DNA of 63,262 bases, counting the filler, from Globobulimina sp. (taxonomy: Eukaryota), in assembly GCA_003354225.1 (NCBI GenBank). It is 22 parts of 22 records of this genome, joined end to end, with 100 filler letters (N's around TTAATTAATTAA, not from the genome) between each part and the next. Parts side by side here need not be neighbours in the genome. Positions count along the whole stretch, not along the records: positions 48,975 to 51,752 come from PIVH01004924.1; positions 51,853 to 54,630 come from PIVH01004925.1; positions 54,731 to 57,508 come from PIVH01004926.1; positions 57,609 to 60,385 come from PIVH01004927.1; positions 60,486 to 63,262 come from PIVH01004928.1; 17 more parts are not named here. One strand, 5' to 3'. The stretch's first letter is position 1, and each line of letters begins with the position of its first letter. The notes below the pieces were generated by a model. The model did no database searches and had not been told where the DNA came from. It saw nothing but the letters and a program-made list of their open reading frames with translations. The translations under genes and the position numbers were made by a program. Shown in pieces: positions 49,153 to 61,509 of the stretch.

Positions 49153-50084
49153 ATGTCGGCACCATCAAATTCTGCCAAATTTCAAGCATCGATGAAACAA
49201 AATGACACCATTTTGTGCTATATTCAAATTGTAAAATTTCTCAATGGCATCGTGCATCAAAACTTTTCATTTATTGCTCTCACGTATCGAATCTGTAAAT
49301 ATGTCAACAAATCAATGAAATTCATTGACAAATTATCCCCGACCACGGAATTAACGTCGCTTTTCAAATCAAAATGGAATTTAATACATACATTAAATTA
49401 TATTCGTGATTTTATCTTTGAATTATTGCCAGCCAATCAAACTCAGCAGTTATTATTCAGAGAGATTCGCGTTTATTTAGATTACAAAAGTTTTGATTTA
49501 AACAAAACGATCAATTTATTGCATCCAATCATGAAAGATGCCACCTTTCCTGCCCAGGATCTCTGGACTTGGTTCGAAAAAGGCATACAAATTGCAATCA
49601 ATCAGGACCAGTCATTATATTCAACGTTTTCATCAAATTAGCTTCAAAGCAAAAGCTATCGCAAATGCAATATGTCATTTATTTCATTTTTATCGGATAA
49701 CTTCTCGTCATTCAAACCTGATGAGGTCCAGGTCACTCCCGTCAAATTAGTGAAAAAGCCCAAAGAAAAGAAACATTATAACAAATTTAAACGTCAATAT
49801 GAAAATGATCGAAATCGAAATCGAGATAAGAAAGATACAGATTTTGCAACGCGGTGGCAAGGAAACCCCATGATATTGAATTGTAAGAAAATTACAACAT
49901 TATTGCGGGACTCAGGTACTTCTTTTGATTTTCGTAAAAGCGATAAATGCGCCTTCTTTAATGCCACTGCGCAATGTCTGAAAGGCGATGATTGTCCAAA
50001 AAACATGAATGTGTATTACATTCTGGTGAAAATCATCCATTATGCAAATGTGAATTAGCATCAAAACCTGAAGAAACAGAATAA
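49153..50084 (+). mobile_element. Gag-like ORF1 of an Ngaro/DIRS-like retrotransposon (one in-frame TAG, one frameshift)
   Basis: ORFs 49153 and 49672 share a frame across TAG 49639-49641; restoring one A at 49998-50003 gives CAFFNATAQCLKGDDCPKKHECVLHSGENHPLCKC (CCCH plus knuckle). Confidence 0.7.
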
Positions 50085-50504
50085 AATCCGTAAATTATTA
50101 CATTATTTTATCCTATCAATTATTATAAATTGGCATCAAATTTGTCTTCAAATCACATCCTTTTATATTTTATAATATTATATGTTATGGGAATAGCGAC
50201 CATTTATTTTTATTATCCAATTTGCTGCATTTCACACCTTAGCTGCGTCAGATACAATCAATTTATTGTTCTGAGTGCGCTTATTCTGTGTTGTAACTTT
50301 GTTCTGTGTTGGTCCAAATTCTCTGTTTGTTGAGATAACTTTCTCTCTCATACAAACATATTTAATTTTTAGTTCAACGTCAACTTCTCCCGTTTCTCCA
50401 ATAAATTTCGCAACTTCTAAACTTATGCAATTCACAACATCACCCATTAACTTCATTACATTGCTTCAGCGATTTCTCCGGAGCTCGCCGCGAAAGTCAC
50501 TAAG

Positions 50505-51752
50505 TTGCAGCAGCTCCACGCGGAAGGATCGAAGTACACAAATTCATTAAATATTGCTGCCTTCGAGAAGTATTTACAAAATAAGAAAAATGGCAAAGTT
50601 GAATTGCAGTTTATCAAAAACGGTTTCCCTCTGTGGCTGAAAACGTTTGGCAAAGAGGAGAATCCGTCCAATTTATCCAAATATATCTATAACAGAGCCA
50701 ATTCCCTCAATGAAGCAATCGCAATTGTAGATAAAATAATTACTGAATGTGAAAATGGCCAAATTGAGCCCATTGATTACGATCCCCATTATATCATAAT
50801 GATCTTTTGTTGTCCTAAGAAGGACCATCTTGGATTCTATACGAAAGTCCGTGTAATCAGAAATGGGTCGTTCCATACCATCAATACCACCGCCATCAAT
50901 CAATGGATACGAAAAGAAAAATGTGCCATGAGGGACCTCCCGAATATCAAAGATTATGCCACTTTGCTTCGCGACAAGAAATACTTTGCTTTACGTGATT
51001 TAGCCGATTTCTTTCGACAAATCTGTTTACCTGAAATTGATTCTGACTTCTTAGGATATTCCCTGTTCGGCCTTCGCTTTCGAGACAGAAAACAGCCATA
51101 CGGAGTATCGTCCGCTCCTGCAAACTGTCAATACTTTGCCACTTTATTGGTGTGGATCATTAATAATTGCAAGTTACATGAAAAATATCCCCATTTACTT
51201 GATTCCATTCGCGTCCATGTTGATGATTTCACCATGGCAGCACATACCAAACAAGATTGCCAATTAATGGAGCAAATATTTGATGATTTGTTCAAAGAGT
51301 TAAGTGGTACCGTATCCCATGGCAAATCAGTCCATTCCTGCCAGGAAGCCGTTGTCCATGGCATTCAATGGAATCTCAGTCACCAAACTGCCCAAATCCC
51401 GCATAAAGCCTTCGTCCAATTAAAGAAATTCATAACGTGGGTCATTCAATATCGCGTGGTCTCCGGTCGTGCCTTGGAGTCATTGACCGGCAAAATCATG
51501 CATTGGAGGCAACTTAACCCCAATACCAAATCCTTAGTTTACAATTCCATTTTTTATATCCATCAAAACATTCGAAATGGATATATTAAGAAAACTGATT
51601 GGATTGTTCTCCCGCTGTCCATTATAAATGATTTGAAATTTTGGCTTAAATATGCCTTTTATCTCCGATCCGTGCCAATAATTAATTTGATTCAAAAACC
51701 ATCCATCAATGTCTACGCCGCCACTGATGCCTGTGATAAAGGCGCCGGTTTT
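50505..51752 (+). mobile_element. DIRS/Ngaro-type reverse transcriptase and start of RNase H (3' truncated)
   Basis: FIKNGF, CCPKK..KVRVIRNGS, DLADFFRQI, QPYGVSSAP, HVDDF, LESLTGKI, DLKFW, AATDAC. Confidence 0.88.
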
Positions 51753-52644
51753 NNNNNNNNNNNNNNNNNNNNNNNNNNNNNNNNNNNNNNNNNNNNTTAA
51801 TTAATTAANNNNNNNNNNNNNNNNNNNNNNNNNNNNNNNNNNNNNNNNNNNNGGAGATACAAATAATATTATATTGGATTATTTATATCCGGCAAAGTAT
51901 AGATTACAATTATTAGATAACATATACGACGCACTTTGCCCTCAGGCCCGAATCTTTTTTAATCGTAATCACAGATTAATACTTAATCGAACACCAAGAC
52001 AAAAACTATGAAACAATTTAATTTACAATCAAATAAATTAAAATATCAACAATTTAAATTACAATCAATTGCAATTAATTTGAATGTGATCAATATCTAA
52101 TTAATTTGTGATATATCAATATATTCTGACATTTAATGACAATTTTTAAGTTATTGCTGTGTTTATAATTTAACAATAACTGACTGTGACTAAATTAAAT
52201 TCGATCCTTCTATATATATTGAATTAATTCTTAAGAAGTTGTCAAGCTTCCCTCTTTTGAAAGTCTTCTGATAAAAAACACTTCAAGTTTTCAACTTAAA
52301 TTTAAAAAATCGACAACAAGGATAAAAAAGTCCTCTCTGTTTTAATGAAACTATTGCGATTATTTTAATATATGAATAAAGTGTGATTTAATACGACGAA
52401 CTGGTTATTTTCACCTCGCAATAGCGTTAAAATATGGTTCAATGTCCCAATTTTGTATACTTTTATTATGGACCAGAATGATATGGTATTTATAAACCAT
52501 TATTCATTTCTCTCTAAATAATCTGTTTGAAATTGGGATATAACCAAACTCATTTAATGAGTTTTTTAATGTGTTTAAATTCAATGTAAAATTTGTATAT
52601 TGATTGCTTGTCTGTGTTTTTATAATTTGTTGTTTGTTTTTATA

Positions 52645-53874
52645 ATGTTAGATTTTATGGCATTACGTTTATATGATAATAGAATGGCACGTAAAGATAA
52701 AAAGAATGCCAAACATATTGTTTCTGTTAGATTATCGAATAAAGAATTAACTACAAAAGAACAGTATGTATCGCAGATAAGAAATTGGACAAAATATTGT
52801 ATTGAATATGAAGAAGATCCATTTGAAATGCCTTTAGATCCATTGGTGGCAACGTTTTGGATTTCTGAAAGAACGCTGCAATCCGGATCAATAAAATCAA
52901 TTTGTGCTTGGCAGGCATCTCTGTCTTGGATTTGCGAATTAAAAGGATGCAAACCAGACTATTTAGATAATTTAGATTATAAAATATTTAAAAAATCATT
53001 AAAAAAAATGTATGATGAAGAGTCCGATCCAAGAATGCCATTTGAATTAAATCATATGTTTATATATACAAAATATTATAAATGCTATGGTAAATACTTA
53101 AAATTAATAAATACTGATAATTTATTAAATGTTGCAATTGCCCAAATTTACTTTTGTTGTATGCCAAGACCCTGTGAATTATTGAGAGTTAAACGTAGTG
53201 TCACAAAATATGGATTAAAAATAAAAGATATAACTCTTAATAAAGACTCAACCAATCCAAAAAAATGGTATTTTATTCTGTATATTCGATCATTTAAAAA
53301 TCAAAAATCGAAGAAATATATTAAAAAAGTAATAATTGGAGACTCTCAATGTGGTAATAGATATATTAAAGGCACTCATATTATTTGTCCATGTAATTTA
53401 ATTAATCCGTATAAATTATTGACTATATATATGAAAAAAATGAAAAGATTTGCAACCAAATCAAAGAAATTTGATTATAATATAAATTCATCAGTTTTTA
53501 AATATAAAGATAATTCAGTTGCAACTTCTTATCATTTAGGTAAAATTGCAAAGGATATTGCAAAAATTAATAAATTACCACCTAAAAATTATACTGGTTA
53601 TTCCCCACGAATTGGTGGTTCAACGTTAACTATTTTACAATCTATTCCTCGATCTAAATTATTAAAATTTGTAGGATGGAAACCATCGCATTTACCTCAT
53701 GTATCTATGCGATATAATCGATATACTGATATTGATCTTAGTATTTATATTAAAGAATTGTTACACGGTTCAAGTCATATTAAAAATAAAACAATGTTAT
53801 CAAATTTTAAAATTGTAGGTGCTATTTATGATCCATGGGCACATGATTTAGATAGAAAGAAGATATGGGGTTAA
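52645..53874 (+). mobile_element. DIRS-type tyrosine recombinase (SAM-like N-domain plus catalytic domain)
   Basis: TTKEQY..W..YC N-domain; YFCCMPRPCELL (Arg I), SFKNQ (Lys), YTGYSPRIGGST (HxxR as YxxR), VGW, SMRYNR (Tyr). Confidence 0.85.
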
Positions 53875-54935
53875 GGTGTCTATATTATTCTGGTTTATGT
53901 GCTTTTTAGTACTGCACTTCTTTTATGTTTCACACAACTTATTTTTGTGTTTATGTACTTAGTATTTGTCATAAGTTGTCTTGCAAACTGAAGTTGTGCC
54001 CAGTTTATTATACGTTTGTTCTGTTAATATATTTTTGCAAATTAAAAACTATAAATCCGATTCAAATTTCTATGTACTAACAAATATTAATTAAAAACTT
54101 AATTTATTTAAACGAATACATTAAAGATTTAAATAAATTCCTTTTCTCATTTTCTTCAAAAATTTAATTATTTCCAATTATTTAATTTTTACAATTTGCA
54201 ATTTATTCTTTAAAATTTTATTGCATACAATTTTAATTTCATTGAAAAAAATGAGCTAACGGGATATGGGATGTGTTATACTAATATTAATTGTAATATT
54301 TAGTATTGTAATATATCAATGTAATAATTTAATTTAATTCAATTTATCTTATTCCCGTTTGCTCGAAAAAGAATAAAGTTTCTCCACTTGAATGATATTA
54401 AAATCCACGCATTTAATTTTTGAGTGGCTTTAATGAGTGTAATTTCAAACTGATTCATTGAGAATGTAGAAATTAAATTATTTGTTAATTCCTCCTTTAA
54501 ATTGGAATATTTTTTATCTATGAACCAATCGCATAATTTATAACCAATATTTTCTTCATATAATCCATGTCCATGTCCATTCCATTTTTCATTTTGATTA
54601 TTTTTATAAAATTCCCAATAAAAATACCTTNNNNNNNNNNNNNNNNNNNNNNNNNNNNNNNNNNNNNNNNNNNNTTAATTAATTAANNNNNNNNNNNNNN
54701 NNNNNNNNNNNNNNNNNNNNNNNNNNNNNNATGTATCATGTACAAACTTATGTAATTTGAACGTTTCTCGGCTTTCTCCTCCTCGAAAACACCAAACTGT
54801 GTTTTATAATTGTTATTACCTCAATTTTATATTACTGTACGTATCTGAAACCGCAACTAGTCATTGAAATTGTGTCTTGAAACAAGGCAAAAAATACATA
54901 AACCAGACAAACAAAGCGGGAAAGAATACACAATA

Positions 54936-57508
54936 TTATTTTCTGTGCGCGTTGGACAGTTTGGCCACAGTGGAAATGGCGTCATATTGATCTTTGGTAA
55001 AGTTGTAGGCGGCATATTTTTCTTTATCTTGTCCATATTTTTTATTTTTGATATCTTGTATTTTTTGAATGTCGTTTGGCGTTTTTTGCGACAATTTTAG
55101 ATATTTTTGGGCTCTGTCGAAACATTTCTCCATTCCTTTCTGAGTGATGGTGGTCAGATTTTGCTGCAAAGAGAAAGTGTTTTTATACAATTGCTTGTAT
55201 CCGACATGGTTGATTTTGCCAGATTTGACCAATGGAATTTGATAAATAATAATGTTACAAATGAAATGCGCCAATTCGACAAAGAGAAATCTTATAAATT
55301 TATTCGGCAAACAGCCACTCAGTTTGCCTTCCGCAGATTGCAACAATTTGTTCAAAGTAATAATGAAATCCTGCGGCTTATTGATGATGGAATCGTCGGG
55401 CATCCAATAATTATTCAAACAAATATTCGCCAACAAGCAGACAATTTGCGCTCTCATTTCCATTCTAATGATCGAGATGCATCGCTCCGACCGCGGCTCA
55501 AAATTATCCCGCAAATATTCCCAAATCTGGGCCAATTCTGCCTTATTTTTGAGGTTTTTGCGGTTATTTATCAACTCCGAACTGATTTTCTTCGAACACC
55601 AGCACAATCCACGCGAAATCAGTGCCAATTTGTTAAAGTATTCCGTGTTGAATGCGGGCAAGCCATTAACCATCGAAATGTCTTTCTTGTCGCTGCCCAA
55701 ATTTAAGAAGTGCACCAAGGGAATGTCGGAATACTTACTACAAATATAGGAATACGACGATTTATCCACATCAGCGGGCGCATTCTCGTTGGTTTCATAC
55801 GCTTTCTTGTCATATTTGCGCACAGAATGTTCGCTCTCCTCCCGCAACAAAGACAATTTGTTCAAATACATTTTGCACAAATTCCAGCTCGACAATTGCT
55901 GCACATATTTCTTCTGCTGGTTGTAGATCAACTTTCTGCTGATCAGGATCTCACAAATCTCGTCTATGGCTTGTTGATAAGTGTCGCATACTTTGGACAG
56001 AATCACCTGGATCATGTTGACAAACTCGTTATTGTCAAACACCGGTAACACGATGTAATATTCAAACAGCGTCTTGACCAAATCAAAGATGCCGGAGCTC
56101 GATTTCAATAACAACAGCGGCTCCGAGTCCAACTTAATCGCATCCATCGGCTGGTTATCCAGCAAAATCTGTCCCATTTGCGAGTATGCCTCGCCTTGCA
56201 TGTTGGGAATAAAAGTCTTCTTCACAAACGACAACAGAAACTGCCGCAAATCCACGTCCTTATCGCACACAATTTTGTCGCCCAATATCTTCCACTCGCA
56301 CATCTCCACAAAGTGAATAATCGGTTTATAGAGTTTGGTCACGTGATACGGCGACGACTCGATCAAAAGAAACTGTTTCCGCCGTTTTGCTTTGTTCGAG
56401 CTCAGCCCGCCTAACTTTGGCGACATTTTCTGCGAATTGCTCAGCCGTTTGGTGCCCCCCATCGCCGCCGCAATGGTCATGGTCCGCTTCTGTCTGCTTT
56501 TGGCGGTCTGGCTGAAAGCATCCAGCCCCGTCGCACTGCGGTCCCGCGCTTTCGACGAAGTGCGTCGGCCCAACTGCATAATGCCCGCAGTGCCGCTCTT
56601 CATATTCATATTGAACGCATTCGCCGCAGAGATACTCAGTCGTTTCGGAGCATGGCCACTCGCAGCAAACGCGCTGGGCATCGCTTTGTGCCGTCCTTTG
56701 CTCGATGTCATGCCCGTCGCCTCCAACACAAAGGAATGGATATTGCTGTCCGCGAAGGAAAACGTCAATCCCTCCATAGCAGTCTCATGATATTTGTTGG
56801 CTATCGAGGAAGAGAACAAATCACTGCCACCCGACGCATTATTATTCATTTTAGTCTCTCTCTCCTTGGCTTCCACACTGTTTTCCGTATTCGCCGAGTT
56901 TGAGTTTCCACGCCGTCGTTTGAAAAACTTGCTAGTTTTCAGCCGTTTGCCGAACGATTTGTTATCTTTCATCTTTAGTGGCGGTGCCGGAGAGGGCGAA
57001 GCAGACCGAACATGCAAAATATTGTCGTCATCCTGGTACATTTTAGTGCCACTTTCCATATCACCCAATAATGCCTCCACTGCACTCTCTCGATCGCGGT
57101 CTCGATTCTTTTGATCTTGCATCTGATCCAAATATTTTATCAATAAGTTGTTTAAAATGGCTTTTTGAATGCCATTCCATATCGTTTGCAAGTTATATTG
57201 TTCGTTTTTGCGACCCCGCGAATTAAAGACATTAATCACAGTCTTGTGGTTCGCTAAGACCTTACTGAAGATTTTGAAAACATTCGCCGTCGCATTCAAG
57301 AGCATCAACGACTGGTCCTCGGCTTCGATAATATTGCTCATCTGATTCGATTGTATCATTTGTTGCTGATAATTGTTGCAAATCTCATAGATCTCGCGGT
57401 CAATGATCTCTTTCAATTCCATATCCAACGACTTATACAAATTGGTTTTGGCGCCGACAGAACGGCCCAATTTGTCAATGGCAGTCACACAAATGGTCAA
57501 AAACAGTG
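54936..57508 (-). CDS. EXOC4: Exocyst subunit Sec8, C-terminal part
   Basis: SPYHVTKLYKP, LRQFL..FVKKTFIP, CISIIRMEMR, INHVGYKQLYKNTFSLQQNL, FDRAQKY. Confidence 0.85.
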
Positions 57509-57608
57509 NNNNNNNNNNNNNNNNNNNNNNNNNNNNNNNNNNNNNNNNNNNNTTAATTAATTAANNNNNNNNNNNNNNNNNNNNNNNNNNNNNNNNNNNN
57601 NNNNNNNN

Positions 57609-58454
57609 AATGTTACAATAAATAACCTTGAAAACCATCCATGGATATCCAAGAAATCACTATCACAAATCATCAAAAACCACATCTCACTCAATCAGAC
57701 GCATAGAGGTCATCCATCAAAACCAAATTTATTAATTCGCAAACAAAGGCAAAGGAGGCTTAGCAATCTGAGTCTGAGTGCAAATCTGTCCGATTATGAA
57801 CATATTCCCTACAATTTTGTGTTGCAAACCTACCGCATCAAGAAGGACAGCCATCGGATAGCTGCATTGTGCACCGGATACCAACGGGGATTGAAAGCGA
57901 TCATTGATATTCCAACCGGCACTGTGATTGGTCAATATATTGGCATTGAGTACACAGCGGAAGAATATCAAGCTGTGTTTTCGCATTCCAATGAAGAAGC
58001 CATCCGCAATGTGTATGCCTTTGATTGTGCATTACACGATGACGAGAATGGGAAACCCATCAAAATGATTATTGATGGCTATGGATTGAGGGAAAAGATC
58101 ATGGCAAATAACAATAATAATATGAATACGGGATGCGAGTATTCTGCGCATTTGTTGTATATCAATGATTGTCGACAGAATATATCATTGGATGTGCCAA
58201 ATGATGAGGATAGCAAGCATTGGAATGCTGATTTTGTCTCTGCAGAAGTCAGCGGATTGCCAATGGTGTTTCTTGTGACACGATGCGATGTGCAGAAAGA
58301 TAAGGAATTGGCGACTTGGTATGGCGAGAGTTACGATGTCGCATTAAAACAACAAACAGAATATGAACGAATGAGGAATTCAATCATCACGTTGGTTGAC
58401 AACAGTATTTTGAGAGATGTTGATTTAAGTAATGACACATGGACCATTGACTGA
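57609..58454 (+). CDS. SET-domain protein (5' partial)
   Basis: GLKAIIDIPTGTVIGQYIG, YAFD, IIDG, YINDCR, ELATWYGESY; frame open from the contig edge. Confidence 0.85.
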   Translation, partial: NVTINNLENHPWISKKSLSQIIKNHISLNQTHRGHPSKPNLLIRKQRQRRLSNLSLSANLSDYEHIPYNFVLQTYRIKKDSHRIAALCTGYQRGLKAIIDIPTGTVIGQYIGIEYTAEEYQAVFSHSNEEAIRNVYAFDCALHDDENGKPIKMIIDGYGLREKIMANNNNNMNTGCEYSAHLLYINDCRQNISLDVPNDEDSKHWNADFVSAEVSGLPMVFLVTRCDVQKDKELATWYGESYDVALKQQTEYERMRNSIITLVDNSILRDVDLSNDTWTID

Positions 58455-58514
58455 GTGTTTTTAATTTAATATCTGTTTCCATGTTTTTATTTAATGTAAT
58501 TACAGTTTCTAAGA

Positions 58515-58966
58515 CTGACTTATTAAAAAAGAGGTCGTTGACGTAACTTGACGTTCTATAGTATATAATGGGTGCAAGGATAATTAAAAAGATAGTTTTT
58601 TTTGACAATATGTGCAAGGATACTACGTATTTGAGAGTAATGTTAATATGCACTCTTATGATGTGTATCAGGTAAACCAGTCACTCGATCGACTTCTGAA
58701 CCTATCCATGTTGCCTGCCGTTTTGATCTTAATTTTAAAAATAAAAATTCGCGAGCTTGCTGTCTGTAATTCCCAGCACTGTTTGGTATCCTCTTTTCTT
58801 CCAATTCTTTTGCTATTCTATTTATTTCCTCTGGGTCAATGTAATCCGGATGTTCCGGATCTGTCGGATTCTCCGATGTATGATCTACAAACATTCCAAA
58901 TTTACGACAATTTGACTGTTTTATACATTTATATTTTATACAATATGTTATAAAATATTGTTGCAT
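58515..58966 (-). pseudogene. Possible degraded hypothetical gene
   Basis: Protein-like 107-aa ORF whose frame continues past TAA (HYSQIRSILAHIVKK) and a later TAG. Confidence 0.25.
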
Positions 58967-59223
58967 TATTTAACTAAATAAATCCCATTAGATCTCAATA
59001 GATTATTTGATATTATATTTGCTCGTTTCACTAAAAAGCTCCGCATCATTCAACTACCAACTTTACTGTACAGATTTTTACTCAAGTTTTTTAAGTTTTC
59101 ATTATTTGCAAAGTGTTTCAATCAATGGACTTTTTACTTTATACCGTATTTTAAGCTGAGCAAAGCATCTCATAATCAAGTCACAAATTGAGGATAATTT
59201 GCTCTTATATTCTGTTGAAAATC

Positions 59224-60053
59224 ATGTCGTTTGGCACATTACAAATCAATCAATCCTCTCGAACGGATTTAATTTGGGGTTACAAACAAGGTTTCGAAGC
59301 AATGGCGAACATAGCATATCAATATCAAGCTAATCAAGAAAAATTTGAATCTCCCATGATTGCAACGTTAGAAAAACTGCATCAAGATAATGTACGTATT
59401 CATGTCGACGATTTTGAAAAAATACCTACAAAATGTATTACATCAATGCTGCAATATCCATGGATATTCGATGAGTGGTCCACTGATGAGATTTACGAGG
59501 CATTATTGCTTTCCATCCGCTCTAATAAGTTACGATATATATATCTCTACAAATCTTCATATTAAATACATTTCATTTCAGAAACAATGACAATATACAC
59601 AGGACACGCAAAGAAAATCATATATTTAATACACGTCAGAAAAATCAAATTATTGGTAAATTAATGGAAATGGGACACCCATTGTATCCATTTTGTACCG
59701 TCGAATATGACGAAAACATTATCCATCAATTAGCAGACAATCAAATTATTTTATTTACAAAATGTGCTGGAATCAATGCCAGAGATTTGGATGCGTCCTA
59801 CACAAAATTTCTTTCCTTTTTTCGTATCGATGCATTGCCAGCAACACAGTCCGAGCTCAATGACTTAAATCTGTTGTCGGAAATAATGAGCCACACATTC
59901 TTAACCGAAGAGAGGTATTATTATATTAAGACGCTATGGCAACTCAGAACAGCGTATAAGCGAAGAACGTATGAAGCATTGAAATCGTCAGATATGCATT
60001 ACTCAAAGAATTGGGAAGCAAATTTAACAAAAGTTATATCGGACTATTTATAA
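59224..60053 (+). CDS. Hypothetical protein, probably 2 exons
   Basis: Two protein-like ORFs separated by a short AT-rich stretch ending TTTCAG at about 59581. Confidence 0.5.
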
Positions 60054-61102
60054 TATTCAATGACATATTGCCTACAACGTAATGATACAAGCAACAGTGT
60101 AAAATTGTAAAATTGTAAAAATCATTGTAAAAATCAAATTATTTTTATTTTCTGCAAATTGTCTTTTTCCTATTACAACCTGCAATTTCCGAATATTTCA
60201 AAAATGAGCAATTTTGTTAAAATGAAAAAATTCAATATTTCGGAATTTGAACACTCCCTTTATAGAGTTTTGCATTTTTATATTTTGCTCGTTTTTCAAA
60301 TATTTGGGAAATCTTGGTTTTTAAGAGAATGCAAGTTTGCAGAAAAGAAATACCACCTCGTTTCAAAAATAGTAAAAGTTGAATTNNNNNNNNNNNNNNN
60401 NNNNNNNNNNNNNNNNNNNNNNNNNNNNNTTAATTAATTAANNNNNNNNNNNNNNNNNNNNNNNNNNNNNNNNNNNNNNNNNNNNCAATCCAATGTTTAT
60501 AAAAACAAAATATTACCTGCAATGATCATACTGTTTTATTACACTTCTGTACTTTCAATTTTGCTTGTAGGAATCCCACCACCTAGTTATTGCAATAAGT
60601 CCCTAATAATGCTGACCAGGGTAAAACAATGCAGTCACCAAATTAATTCACAACTTCTTTTTCATTCAATTCTCGCACTTCTTCATCATTTACATTGGGA
60701 AACTTTAGTTTTTCTCCTTGGTACCAGTGGTGACCAATTCTTTTTGAATTGCAGAAATAAGCTGTCGTTCAAATTGTGCTTCATCCAAATTTGGCATATT
60801 CACCAACATATATTTCATCTTCTTTGTTTAAGATTTGTGCATAATGGTTTCATTCGCTGAATCATTCCGCGACAAATGCACTCGAATTTGCAACACATTG
60901 TAGCGTTGCGTTTTGGTAACAACTGTTTGTCAAATTAATTGAACCAGTCCCAGCATTTGCAGTGTGATCACTGATTTCTCAGTCTCAATCATGTGCCAAA
61001 CTATTGCCCACTGATGAGCAAAAGCGTTCGCAAACTGACTCTGAGGTGGTCTCTGCCAAAACTGAAAGTGGCTGGAGACCAATGAGTGGATAATTCTGGA
61101 TC

Positions 61103-61144
61103 GATAATAACTATCTCCAAAACGTTTTAGTTTTCAAGATTCCA
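61103..61144. repeat. 42-bp copy of coding segment 62183-62224
   Basis: GATAATAACTRTCTCCAAAACGTTTTAGTTTTCAAGATTCCA, 41/42 identical, same orientation, 1080 bp apart. Confidence 0.9.
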
Positions 61145-61509
61145 TGTATGACTGTCACAAAAACAGACAGATAACATTGTTATTGAAATATTTTTATTTA
61201 CCATTGGTAACGCTAAGCAATGGACAGTGAGTATTATAAACAATTTTATTGTGACGTCTTATGCGAATTGATAAAACTGTGAACGCATAATCTGTGCCGA
61301 ATATATTCCAGTCACAAATTTTAATGAGGCACGATGCAAACAGAATGATGAATTGACATGTCATCGTGGTGGATATTGCAGTTTTATTTACTATAAACCG
61401 ATGCCAAAAGCAGCAAAAATATATTTTGCAATGCAAAAATGTAGAAACGACAGTTGGCAGGAATTTCCAGTTGGAGGGAATAAATAAATCAAAACAACTT
61501 GAATCAAAA

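Noticed and set aside
49153..53874. A single complete gag-RT-recombinase element spanning the linker
   Set aside because: RT and recombinase are on separate length-sorted contigs, the recombinase contig has no RNase H continuation, and its composition differs; linkage is unsupported
54250..54630. Minus-strand coding remnant downstream of the recombinase
   Set aside because: Short open stretch at the contig edge with no recognisable motif
40390..58645. Ciliate-type TAA/TAG-to-Gln genetic code
   Set aside because: Long conserved genes lack internal TAR codons and several end at TAA; the few in-frame stops are mostly in decayed elements
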